Positions 29,853 through 39,040 of a stretch of 64,000 bases of DNA are shown here, piece by piece (position 1 is the first letter of the stretch; the number at the start of each line of letters is the position of its first letter). The position numbers and the translations under genes were made by a program. Source of the DNA: Candidatus Geothermincolia bacterium (lineage in GTDB: Bacteria > Actinomycetota > Geothermincolia > Fen-727 > Anoxymicrobiaceae); the NCBI GenBank assembly GCA_038326775.1, contig JBBQKJ010000004.1, forward strand, positions 8,532 to 72,531, read 5' to 3'. A model generated the notes under the pieces. That model was not told where the DNA came from and searched no databases. It was given only the letters and a program-made list of their open reading frames with translations.

Positions 29853-30092
29853 TTGGAACACCGCGTCATCGCACATAGCGGCTGCAGCTACTCCGAGGTT
29901 CCCCTCGAGTTCTTCATCGACCAGGAGCGCCACGTCGTCTCGCGGGTAGAAGCATCCTGGCTCGAGGAGTCCAAAGGGATGGAAGGGATGACTCGCCAGG
30001 TGTGGCGTGTTGTGGACCGGGACGGCGGGCGTTTCAGGCTCACCCGCCACAAGGTATCAGACTCCTGGGAGATAGCCGAAGACCGCGCCTGA
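29853..30092 (+). CDS. DUF6504-like small beta protein
   Basis: HSG.SY.EVPLEF...V...W......WRV......FRL......W pattern. Confidence 0.6.
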   Translation: MEHRVIAHSGCSYSEVPLEFFIDQERHVVSRVEASWLEESKGMEGMTRQVWRVVDRDGGRFRLTRHKVSDSWEIAEDRA

Positions 30093-30095
30093 ACC

Positions 30096-30554
30096 TCAAT
30101 CACCCATCTTGAGGACCATGCAGGTGGACAGCCCCTTGGCCACCAGGCGGTCTCCCTCTGTGACATCCACCTCGCAAACGGCTATCCTGCTCCCCTTCTG
30201 AACGACCCTGCCCCGCGCCTCGAGCAACCCCTCGACAACCGCCGAGCAGAAGTTCAGCTTAAGCTCGATGGTGACAGGCCTCTCACTGTGTTTCTCGAGA
30301 AGCGTTTCGAGCGCGACGCCCGCCGCCGCGTCAGCGAGCGATGTTATTGCGCCTCCGTGGACGATACCGCCGACGTTCAGAAGGTGCTTGCCGGCGGGCA
30401 TCTCGAACGTTGCCCAGCCGGGGCCGAGGCCCGTCACCTCGAGGCCCAGCAGCTGGTAGTAAGGCGAGTTGTCGACACGCTGGCGGACAATATCCCGGTA
30501 GCGCTCTTCCTCCTCGGGGCCCGCGGCCTCCCACAGCCTGGCGTCGGGTTCCAT
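30096..30554 (-). CDS. PaaI-family thioesterase
   Basis: LLNVGGIVHGGAITSLADAAAG...VTIELKLNF; ATG 30554. Confidence 0.9.
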   Translation of the reverse strand: MEPDARLWEAAGPEEEERYRDIVRQRVDNSPYYQLLGLEVTGLGPGWATFEMPAGKHLLNVGGIVHGGAITSLADAAAGVALETLLEKHSERPVTIELKLNFCSAVVEGLLEARGRVVQKGSRIAVCEVDVTEGDRLVAKGLSTCMVLKMGD

Positions 30555-30559
30555 CGCCA

Positions 30560-31504
30560 CTACCTGTTCTCCCTGAACCAGGCGATGACGTCGTCGAGGC
30601 CCGCCTCCAGCTCCACCTCCGGCGCCCAACCGAGCATGCTCATGGCCTTGGAGATATCGGGCTTCCTCTGCAGCGGGTCGTCCACCGGCAGGTTCTGAAA
30701 AACCATCTCTGAGGACGAGGCCACCTTCCTCCTTATGCGTCCGGCGACGTCTATCACCCTCATCTCGTTGGGGTTACCGAGATTGATGACCTCCCCACCC
30801 GCCTCGGCGCTGGACATCGCCAGCACCAGGCCGCGGGCCATGTCGCTGACGTGGCAGAAGCTCCTGGTCTGGCCGCCGTCGCCGTAGATAGTGAGGGGCT
30901 CGCCGTCGAGCGCCTGGCAGACGAAGTTGGGTATCACCCTGCCGTCGTTCACCCTCATCCGCGTGCCGTAGGTGTTGAATATCCTGACGATGACGACCTC
31001 GACCTGGTGCTCTCGCTCGTAGGCTTTGCAGAGCGCCTCGGAGAACCGCTTTCCCTCGTCGTAGCAGGAACGGGGCCCAACCGGGTTCACGTGCCCGAAG
31101 TAGTCCTCGCGCTGAGGGGTCACCTGGGGGTCGCCGTAGACCTCCGAGGTCGAGGCCATGAGCATTCGGCAGCCGGTCCGGCGCGCGAGCTCGAGGCAAT
31201 TCATGGTGCCGAGAGAGTTGGCGCGCATGGTCTCCACCTGCATAGCGTAGTAATCGACCGGGCTCGCGGGGCTCGCCAGGTGAAAGACGCAGTCCACCTC
31301 GTAATCGAGCGGCTCGCAGGCGTCCCGCTCCTCCAGCGAGAACCCGGGGTCTTTGAGCGCGCTGGAGATATTGTCTCGGTGCCCGGTGGACATGTTGTCC
31401 AGGCATATAACGCTCGATCCTCTTTCGAGCAGCGCGTCGCAGAGGTGCGAGCCGATGAACCCAGCCCCTCCTGTCACGAGCGCGCGTTTGCCCGAATTGA
31501 CCAT
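30560..31504 (-). CDS. UDP-glucuronate decarboxylase-like NAD-dependent epimerase (SDR)
   Basis: VTGGAGFIGSHL, HLASPASP, STSEVYGDP, GPRSCYDEGKR, RIFNTYG. Confidence 0.93.
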   Translation of the reverse strand: MVNSGKRALVTGGAGFIGSHLCDALLERGSSVICLDNMSTGHRDNISSALKDPGFSLEERDACEPLDYEVDCVFHLASPASPVDYYAMQVETMRANSLGTMNCLELARRTGCRMLMASTSEVYGDPQVTPQREDYFGHVNPVGPRSCYDEGKRFSEALCKAYEREHQVEVVIVRIFNTYGTRMRVNDGRVIPNFVCQALDGEPLTIYGDGGQTRSFCHVSDMARGLVLAMSSAEAGGEVINLGNPNEMRVIDVAGRIRRKVASSSEMVFQNLPVDDPLQRKPDISKAMSMLGWAPEVELEAGLDDVIAWFRENR

Positions 31505-31613
31505 GTCTCGTCCCTCCTCCCGTCTCGGTGGTCCGGGCCGATGCCTGAAGCTTCCTGTGCGCAACGTGTATCAACTTAACTTAAATGAAAGGTTTTGTCA
31601 CCCGGGAGCCGAT

Positions 31614-31633
31614 GGAACGGCGCGCGCCGTTCC
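31614..31633. repeat. Perfect 20-bp palindrome in a divergent promoter region
   Basis: GGAACGGCGC|GCGCCGTTCC. Confidence 0.8.
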
Positions 31634-31665
31634 GCGGCCGGCACCTGTGGTAGAATACTCGCGGT

Positions 31666-32946
31666 ATGAAAGTAACCTCTCCTGAGAGGAAAAACCCAGA
31701 AGTTATTGGAACGCTGCTGGCGGCGCTGACGCTGGCGGCGCTTCTGCCGTTGTCCATCACGGCGTTCATGGTCATCTACATCCGCGCGCGGCGCCGAGGT
31801 ATCAGCTTGATAACAGGCGCGCCTCGGCCGCTCGAGCGCACTCCCGGGGTCAAGACCATGTCGGAGGTCATGGGCCTCCTTAGGGAAGTGCCGTTTCGCA
31901 GCAGGGTTCCGACGCGCCTGGCCTTGGCCGCCTACGCTCTGCTGGACGCTGTGCCCTGTGCGCTCAACGCGGTTCGCGCGACAGCGGGTCTCATTTACCC
32001 GTACCCGGACGTTTTCGAGCCGTTGATGATCGATTCGCGGGACGGCACGCCTGTTTGCGGCCTGCTGGCGGTTCGGCCAGAAGCGGTCGAGAGGCCGGCG
32101 CTCATCTTCGTGCACGGGCTCTTCGGCAGCAAGAACTCCTACGGGATACACCAGCTCGCGCTTAAGGCATACTACGATTGGGGCTTCAACGTGTTCGCGA
32201 TGGACTTGCGAAACTTCGGCGACTCGGGACGATTCTCGGAAGCCCCCACGAGCTGGGGTTACCGGGAGTCAGACGACATCATCGCGGTCGCGGAGTACCT
32301 CGAGTCGACCGACCGCGTGAGCACCGTGGGGATATGCGGGGTCAGCATGGGAGCCGCATCTGCCCTCCTGGCGGCCGGGAGGTCGAGGATCGACAGGCCG
32401 CTGTCGGGGGGCGTGGTGGCCCTGAACGGTTACGCGGACGCCGGGAGGCAGCTGGAGTACCTCTGTGCCCTCCCCGGCTTCTCGCCGGAGGCGATGGCCA
32501 ACTGGTTCTTTTTCCGCCTCCTCCTGGGCATGAAGACCCTCGCCGGCGGGCCGAGGCTGTTCACCGACCTGCGCAAGTACAACCGCGAGGTTACCGCCCA
32601 GTACTACGAGCTCGCCGAAAGCGACGTCTTCAACAAGGCAAGCCCGGTCGAGACGGTCGGAGAGGTGGAGGTCCCCTGCCTCATCGTCCATGCGCTCGAC
32701 GACGGCGTCGTGCCGGTCGACGAAGCTTACGACCTGCTGGCGGCCGCGATAGACAACCCGATGGTCGACTCTCTTATCGTGCCCTCCGGCGGCCACGCCC
32801 TGTACCAGATAACCAGCCCCGGGTGGTTCAACAAAGTCGTAGAGACGTTCTTCACCTACTGGGCGGAGTTCGGCTCGCGCCCCGGCCAGCGGACGGGCCG
32901 GGCCGGAAACGAGGGGACGGAGTCGTTCGGCAATTCGGACAACTGA
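31666..32946 (+). CDS. Alpha/beta hydrolase (YheT-like) with N-terminal TM
   Basis: VHGLFG, GVSMG nucleophile elbow, DDGVV, GGH. Confidence 0.88.
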   Translation: MKVTSPERKNPEVIGTLLAALTLAALLPLSITAFMVIYIRARRRGISLITGAPRPLERTPGVKTMSEVMGLLREVPFRSRVPTRLALAAYALLDAVPCALNAVRATAGLIYPYPDVFEPLMIDSRDGTPVCGLLAVRPEAVERPALIFVHGLFGSKNSYGIHQLALKAYYDWGFNVFAMDLRNFGDSGRFSEAPTSWGYRESDDIIAVAEYLESTDRVSTVGICGVSMGAASALLAAGRSRIDRPLSGGVVALNGYADAGRQLEYLCALPGFSPEAMANWFFFRLLLGMKTLAGGPRLFTDLRKYNREVTAQYYELAESDVFNKASPVETVGEVEVPCLIVHALDDGVVPVDEAYDLLAAAIDNPMVDSLIVPSGGHALYQITSPGWFNKVVETFFTYWAEFGSRPGQRTGRAGNEGTESFGNSDN

Positions 32947-33015
32947 CGCTTGGAGGCAAGCGCCCGCCGCGGTGCCCGGCAACGGGGTCGGCGGGCTGGA
33001 CAGATGGAGGTTGAG

Positions 33016-33810
33016 ATGACGCTGAAATCCATGGAGATACCGGCCGGCCTCGATGTCATGGAGGACGGCAAGCCGTTCTTCTTCGAGGGCGGGAAAACGG
33101 GAGTCCTGCTGATACACGGTTTCACCGGGACCACCTCGAGCATGAAGCCGATGGGCGAGTACCTCTCCGCCAGGGGCCTGACCGTTCTCGGGCCCAGGCT
33201 CCCCGGCCACGGGACGGACGTAAAGGACCAGGGACGCTTCACCTACAACGACTGGATAGCCACTGCCGAGACGGCCCTCGCCGAACTCCAGGGCATGTGC
33301 GACACGGTTTTCGTTTCAGGCCTCTCGATGGGAGGGACGCTCACCCTGTACATGGGTGAGCAGCACTCCGATACCCTGGCTGGCGTCATGCCCATCAGCG
33401 CCCCGGCGGTGCGCCTGGCGCAGGGCGCCCAGAACGGGCTGCTGAAGCTTATCCCGGTGCTCAAGCATGTCATGAAGACGTTCCCGGGGCCCGGCAACGA
33501 CCTCAAGGACCCCGGGGTCACAGAGGTGGCATACGAGAAGCTGAACACCAGCGCGCTTCACGAGCTTACCAGGCTCATCAAGTACGTCGACAGCAACCTG
33601 GGCAGGATAACCGTCCCGATCAGGATATTTCATTCGCGTGACGACCACGTCGTCCCGCCGGAGAACGCGCCGTACATCTACGAGCACGTCAGCTCTACGG
33701 ATAAGGACCTCGTGTGGCTCGACAACTCCTACCACGTCTGCACCCTGGACTTCGACAAAGAGAAGATATTCGAGACTAGCTACAACTTCATCCAGGGCAT
33801 CGCCGGTTGA
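33016..33810 (+). CDS. Carboxylesterase / monoacylglycerol lipase-like alpha/beta hydrolase
   Basis: LIHGFTG, PRLPGHGT, GLSMGG, DHVV, SYHVCTLD; ATG 33016 with SD GGAGG. Confidence 0.92.
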   Translation: MTLKSMEIPAGLDVMEDGKPFFFEGGKTGVLLIHGFTGTTSSMKPMGEYLSARGLTVLGPRLPGHGTDVKDQGRFTYNDWIATAETALAELQGMCDTVFVSGLSMGGTLTLYMGEQHSDTLAGVMPISAPAVRLAQGAQNGLLKLIPVLKHVMKTFPGPGNDLKDPGVTEVAYEKLNTSALHELTRLIKYVDSNLGRITVPIRIFHSRDDHVVPPENAPYIYEHVSSTDKDLVWLDNSYHVCTLDFDKEKIFETSYNFIQGIAG

Positions 33811-33898
33811 GCCGAGCCCGGCACACTGCCGGCGCCTCCCCCCGTTCAAGCCATTCACGGCGGCGCGGCCAGGCCTCGCAGCTAGCAGTAAACCGCTT

Positions 33899-35341
33899 AT
33901 GGGAATAAAGTCACGCTTCCGGAACATGAACGAGCTGCAGAGGAACACCTGGCTGACGGCCGTTGCCCTCTTCGGGGAGACCGTGCTGCTGTTCATCTGC
34001 ATATTCAGGGTGTCAAACGCCACTGCCCTGGTGATCCTGGGCGGCGCAGGCGTGGTCGTTTTCGTTTCGATGGTCACGTCCAGCTACTGGCGCTTCCTGG
34101 TGCTGGCCGCGGTCGTCGGGGCACTGGCGCTCGAACTCGTGCTCCGGGACGAGGGAAGCGCCCTCTATGTGTTTTCCGTCCTTGCCCGGTTCACGGTCGC
34201 CGGCCTGCTCATCACCTTCTTCGCCGCGATGCTTACCGACCTGGCCCACAAGATATATGACAACGTCCAGCACCTTGCCGCCCGTCGCAAGGCGGACGCC
34301 GCCAAGTTGAGCAGGTGGCTGGAGCGCGGAAACGCCCTTCTGTCGCTCATGACCGCCATGAGCACCGAGAACCGGCTCCAGGATATCTTCACGGTGGGGC
34401 TCGAGGAGGCCCGGAAGGCCTTCGACGCCGACTCCGGGCTCATCTACAGCGTGGACCGGGAGACCGGGCGGCTGTCCATAACGGGTTCGTTCGGCTACAG
34501 CACTGACATCCTGGACAAGATGAAGCGGAAGTGGGAGACGCGCGGGGATATTTCCTCATGCCTGGCGTGCAGCAGCATGGCGGCGGTCGAAGTCGATAAC
34601 CTCGCCACTGATAAGAAGTGCGAGAACCTGAAGAAGGTCGAATCGGGCTCAAGCATTTGCCTGCCCGTCACCAGCGGCGACTCGCTATGGGGGATCCTGC
34701 ACCTGCGCAGGGGGAGCCCCGGAGCCTTTTCGAAAGAGGACATGCAGCTCGCCCAGGCAATCACCTACCAGTTCGGGCTGGTGATGCATAGATCGTCTCT
34801 CTTCGAGCAGGTCAACCTGCTCGCCGTTACAGACCCCCTCACCGGGCTTTACAACTACAGGCAACTCGTCCACGACATGGAAAGGGAGATAGTCAGGTCC
34901 AGGCGTTACCGGCATCCGTTCTCTTTCATAATGGCCGATGTCGACTTCTTCAAGCAGATTAACGACGCCAGCGGCCACCTAGCCGGCGACGCGGTGCTGC
35001 GCGAGGTGGCAAGGGTCTTTGAAGCAGGCAGCCGCGAGGTGGACCGTGTCTATCGCTACGCGGGCGACGAGTTCTCGATACTGCTGCCCGAGACTGACGG
35101 GCCCGAGGCGCTTGAGCTAGCCGAAAAGCTCCGGCGTGAGATCGCCGGGATGTCTATGGTCGTTGTGGATGAGCCAGGGCCGCTGAAGATAACCATGAGC
35201 GCCGGCGTGGCCTCCTTCACGCGTGACAGCCTGGAGATGAAGGACCTGGTCGCCTCGGCCGACGAGGCCCTCTACGACGCCAAGCGCAGCGGCCGCAACC
35301 GCACCGTGGCTCACCCCGGCCATGAGACGAAAAAAGCCTGA
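33899..35341 (+). CDS. Membrane GAF-GGDEF diguanylate cyclase
   Basis: Four TMs, GAF, TDPLTG, RxxD I-site (REVD), AGDEF variant A-site. Confidence 0.9.
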   Translation: MGIKSRFRNMNELQRNTWLTAVALFGETVLLFICIFRVSNATALVILGGAGVVVFVSMVTSSYWRFLVLAAVVGALALELVLRDEGSALYVFSVLARFTVAGLLITFFAAMLTDLAHKIYDNVQHLAARRKADAAKLSRWLERGNALLSLMTAMSTENRLQDIFTVGLEEARKAFDADSGLIYSVDRETGRLSITGSFGYSTDILDKMKRKWETRGDISSCLACSSMAAVEVDNLATDKKCENLKKVESGSSICLPVTSGDSLWGILHLRRGSPGAFSKEDMQLAQAITYQFGLVMHRSSLFEQVNLLAVTDPLTGLYNYRQLVHDMEREIVRSRRYRHPFSFIMADVDFFKQINDASGHLAGDAVLREVARVFEAGSREVDRVYRYAGDEFSILLPETDGPEALELAEKLRREIAGMSMVVVDEPGPLKITMSAGVASFTRDSLEMKDLVASADEALYDAKRSGRNRTVAHPGHETKKA

Positions 35342-35354
35342 CCACGATCGAAGA

Positions 35355-36452
35355 TCACCTTATGGCGAGAGTTTCCTCTACGGGCAGCCCCATCTGCTTG
35401 GCCATCAGTATAAAGTCGTGGGGCTGGTTCGACCCCTTTAACGCGGTCTGGAAGTCGATGAGGCCGTCGGCGTAGAGCGACACCAGCGATTGGTTGAAGG
35501 TCTGCATCCCGTAGAACTCGCCGTCGGCGATTATCTCTCGCATGACGGCCGTGGGCTCCTCGTTGAGGAGGCACTCCGCAAGCCTCCCGTTCATGACCAT
35601 GACCTCGACCGCGGGCACTCGCCCGGTGGTATCGCAGCGCGGCAGAAGCCTCTGGCTGATGACGCCGCCGAGGGTGCTGGTGAGGGTTATCCTGACCTGC
35701 TTCTGCTGCTGGGGCGGGAAGAAGTCGATCATTCGGTTGACGGTCTCTGTGGTGTCCTGGGTGTGGAAAGTCGAGAGCACCAGGTGCCCGGTCATTGCGA
35801 TGTTCATGGCCGAGGTGACCGTCTCCACGTCCCTCATCTCACCCACCAGTATGACGTCCGGGTCCTGGCGCGTGATATGGCGCAGCGCCTCGCGGTAAGA
35901 ATCGGTGTCGGTGCCTATCTCCCTCTGGTGGACGATGCACTTCTTGTCCACGTGGAGTATCTCGATCGGGTCCTCGACCGTGATGATGTTCAACCTCTGG
36001 TTCTCGTTCAGCCAGTCGACCATCGAGGCGAGGGTAGTCGTCTTACCGCTGCCGGTCGGCCCGGTGATGAGCACAAGTCCGCGGACCTCATCCGCCAGCC
36101 GCTTCATGATCGGAGGCAGGCCCAGCTCGTCGAAGGTCGGAATCTTCTTTGTGAGCACGCGGCGCAAGGCAATTCCTATGGTGCCGCGCTGCTTGAACAC
36201 GTTTGCCCTGAAACGCCCCAACCCCGCCACGCTGTACGCGAAGTCGGACTCGTTGGTGTCGTGGAAAGCCCTGGCCTGCTTCTCGTCCATCAGCGAGAAG
36301 GCGACCTCGACGACTTCGGTCGGTGAGAGCCTGGGGAAGTCGGCCTCGTAGAGAATGCCGTCAACCCTCAGATATGGCGGGCTGCCGGCTTTGATGTGTA
36401 TATCGGAAGCTTTCTGCTCGACCGCTATCGCCAGGAGCGCATTGATGTCCAA
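35355..36452 (-). CDS. pilT: PilT/PilU-family twitching motility ATPase
   Basis: ASDIHI, RFRANVFKQRG, GPTGSGKTTT, EDPIE, QDPDVILVGEMRD, GHLVLSTFH, GMQTFNQSL. Confidence 0.92.
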   Translation of the reverse strand: MDINALLAIAVEQKASDIHIKAGSPPYLRVDGILYEADFPRLSPTEVVEVAFSLMDEKQARAFHDTNESDFAYSVAGLGRFRANVFKQRGTIGIALRRVLTKKIPTFDELGLPPIMKRLADEVRGLVLITGPTGSGKTTTLASMVDWLNENQRLNIITVEDPIEILHVDKKCIVHQREIGTDTDSYREALRHITRQDPDVILVGEMRDVETVTSAMNIAMTGHLVLSTFHTQDTTETVNRMIDFFPPQQQKQVRITLTSTLGGVISQRLLPRCDTTGRVPAVEVMVMNGRLAECLLNEEPTAVMREIIADGEFYGMQTFNQSLVSLYADGLIDFQTALKGSNQPHDFILMAKQMGLPVEETLAIR

Positions 36453-36523
36453 CTCTACCGCCTTTCAATGACCGCCACTCGCTGTAAAGAATCAATCGGA
36501 CCAAACAGCGCCGAGCCTTGAGC

Positions 36524-37561
36524 CTAGGCAAGGCCCTGAAGGCGCGCCGCCTCCCTGACCACCTCGCCCGCCCGGTCCGCGTGAGCGGTCGGTTCGGGCC
36601 GTTCGTCCCTGCCCGGAACATCAATTCCGGCGAGCCCCGCGACCGTCTGCACTATGGAACGGGCCTGAGCGTTCAGGTCATAACCACCCTCCAGAGTCGC
36701 CAGGAGCCTGCCATCGCAACATTCCTCCGCCAGGCCCACCAGGTAGTCTGTCATCTTCCGGTACGAGAGGTCGGCAAGGCGCATCGAGCACAGCAGGTCG
36801 CTTTCGTGGCTGTCGTACCCGGCCGAGACCATCACGAAATCCGGGGCGAACCTGCGTCCCGCGGGAAGTATCACCTGCTCGAACGCCTCTAAGTAATACT
36901 CCTCCCCCGTGCCGTTCGGGAACGGAAAGTTGATGGTGGAACCTTTGCCCTCTTTGTAGCCAACCTCGTCCACCCAACCCGTGCCCGGGTAGTGAGGATG
37001 CTGGTGCAGCGACACGTAGAGCACGGCCGGGTCGTCGTAGAAAGCGTCCTGGGTGCCGTTGCCATGGTGGGCGTCCCAGTCGAGTATCATCACCCGCGCC
37101 AGGCCCTTCCTCGATATCGCATATCGCGCCGCAATAGCGATGTTGTTGAAGATGCAGAAACCCATCCCCCGCATCGGGAGGGCGTGGTGGCCGGGTGGCC
37201 GGACCAGGCAAAAAGCCCTCTTGAAGCTGCCATCCAGGCACCCGTCCACGCTGTCGAGGAGCGCACCGGCGGCCTTGAGAGCGGCATCGTACGTCTTGGC
37301 GGAGAGCGCGGTGTCCATGTCGAGGTGGCCCCCGCCGGAAGCGGCCATCCTCTGGACCTGCTCGATGTAGCCGCGCGTGTGCACGAGCTCTATCTCCTCG
37401 ACCGTCGCGTCCCTGGGGGTTCTAACCTCCACCAACTCCAGCAGGCCTGACCCCTCGAGGGCCTTCATTGCGACCGGAAGCCTCTCCGGCTTCTCCGGGT
37501 GTCCGTGACCGGTCTTGTGCTCCTCGAAAATCGGGTCGAAAAAGATTACGGCTTCAGACAT
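36524..37561 (-). CDS. Histone deacetylase-family (Zn-dependent) protein
   Basis: HPEKPER, PPGHHA, GFCIFNN, DWDAHHGNGTQ, AGYD, EGGY. Confidence 0.95.
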   Translation of the reverse strand: MSEAVIFFDPIFEEHKTGHGHPEKPERLPVAMKALEGSGLLELVEVRTPRDATVEEIELVHTRGYIEQVQRMAASGGGHLDMDTALSAKTYDAALKAAGALLDSVDGCLDGSFKRAFCLVRPPGHHALPMRGMGFCIFNNIAIAARYAISRKGLARVMILDWDAHHGNGTQDAFYDDPAVLYVSLHQHPHYPGTGWVDEVGYKEGKGSTINFPFPNGTGEEYYLEAFEQVILPAGRRFAPDFVMVSAGYDSHESDLLCSMRLADLSYRKMTDYLVGLAEECCDGRLLATLEGGYDLNAQARSIVQTVAGLAGIDVPGRDERPEPTAHADRAGEVVREAARLQGLA

Positions 37562-37591
37562 GCTAACCACCCTTTTCGCCGCTTTAGATAA

Positions 37592-37615
37592 TAAAGGCCC
37601 CTTCCGGGGCCTTTA
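37592..37615. terminator. Bidirectional intrinsic terminator after the NlpC/P60 gene
   Basis: TAAAGGCCCC-TTCC-GGGGCCTTTA with A/T flanks. Confidence 0.8.
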
Positions 37616-37644
37616 ATAAAACTTTAACCTGGCTTAACCGCGGC

Positions 37645-38628
37645 CTACGGCCTGACCGCCCCACAGAAATTACTGCGCGAAGCCAGCGAGGTCACTTTCA
37701 CCACGTCGCCGGTCTGCGGGGCGTGTATGAACTCGCCGCCTCCGACATATAGCCCCACGTGGCCCCAGCCCCGGAAGCCGAGGATATCGCCAGCGGCAAG
37801 CTCGCTCACGCTTACAGCAACCCCGCAGTTGGCCTGCGCGTAGGAACTGTGGGAGATGGATATTCCCGCGCCCACCCTGTAGCAGTACATGGTAAGGCCG
37901 GAGCAGTCGAAGCTGTTCGGACCCGCGGCACCCCACACGTACGGCTTGCCGAGCTGGTCGTAAGCCACCCCCACCACGCCGCCGTTGGGCGCTCCGGGCG
38001 GCCTGGTCCTGCGGGCCGTCGGGTCGTAAGACGGGGTGCTGCGCCTGGTGCCGGACGAGCTCGACTCGGTGGCGCGGCGCGCCATGGCCGAGCGTATCTC
38101 TTCCTCGACGTTTGAGAGCTTGCCCTTGGCGTTGGAGAGCTCGCTTTCGACGTTAGCCTTTGCCGAGGAAATCTCCTGCCTGGCGGACTCCTGCGCGGAC
38201 TTCTGCTCCTGGAGGGAGGCCCTGGCCTCCTCCAGCTTCGCCTTGGCGTCTTTGACCTGGCGCACCAGAAGGGCGTCCCTCTGTCCGACCTTCTTGACCA
38301 GGTCAAGCCCGACCAGGAACTCGTCGAAGTCGCCGGCGTTCACCACGACCCCCACGAAATTGCTGTGCTGGTTTACGTACATCGCCCGTACGCGGCTGTT
38401 GAGCCTGGACTTATTGACCGAGAGTTCCTGCTCGGCAGCGGTCAGATTCTCCTTGTTCTCCACTATCTGCGAGCGGGTCTGCTCGAGCTTCGAGCAAGCG
38501 AAGTTATAACGCTCTACCGCGTCCTCCATCTTCTGCTGCAGCCTCTCCACATCTTTCTTCGCGTCTGTCCTGCGCTGCTCCGTTGGCTGCGGGAGCGCGG
38601 CCGGAGCCAGTGTCAGGACAAGCATCAC
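37645..38628 (-). CDS. Coiled-coil NlpC/P60 peptidoglycan endopeptidase (RipA/CwlO-like)
   Basis: Long coiled coil; YVWGAAGPNSFDCSGL, GHVGLY, FIHAP (Cys-His-His). Start codon uncertain. Confidence 0.93.
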   Translation of the reverse strand: MMLVLTLAPAALPQPTEQRRTDAKKDVERLQQKMEDAVERYNFACSKLEQTRSQIVENKENLTAAEQELSVNKSRLNSRVRAMYVNQHSNFVGVVVNAGDFDEFLVGLDLVKKVGQRDALLVRQVKDAKAKLEEARASLQEQKSAQESARQEISSAKANVESELSNAKGKLSNVEEEIRSAMARRATESSSSGTRRSTPSYDPTARRTRPPGAPNGGVVGVAYDQLGKPYVWGAAGPNSFDCSGLTMYCYRVGAGISISHSSYAQANCGVAVSVSELAAGDILGFRGWGHVGLYVGGGEFIHAPQTGDVVKVTSLASRSNFCGAVRP

Positions 38629-39040
38629 GATCAGTGCAGCCCCCAGGAGAATCTCCGTTCTTGGCCTTTTCGAAAAGATGCTATCAAACCCCCGCTTTCT
38701 TCTGCTTCTTTCAGCCGTCTGTCTTCTTGCCGAACCCGGGTATCATGCTAAGAAATGGTTTTCAGTTCAACATTCTTTGTTTTCTGCGATTCGCAAATCA
38801 GCCCGAATTCTAACACAGCGGGCTCTCATCTTCAAACGCAACCCTTCAACTAATAGACAACTTCGACCCCGGCGGCGCCCCGCCCTTTCGGCCCCGCCCC
38901 ACCAGCCCTTCACTCCCTTTGCACACGAAGCAAAGGAAACGCCCGACCGTGGGGTGAATCTATATATTGAGGTTCATGGTTGAAATCGCGTCAAAATGTG
39001 CGTTCTTTGCCATTCGGGTGACGGCAAGAGGAGAGACGGT

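Noticed and set aside
38950-38960. c-di-AMP riboswitch word GGGGTGAATC near the NlpC/P60 gene
   Set aside because: It is on the wrong strand for that gene and the other conserved blocks (GCTGAATCC, GTCAGCTAAC) are missing.
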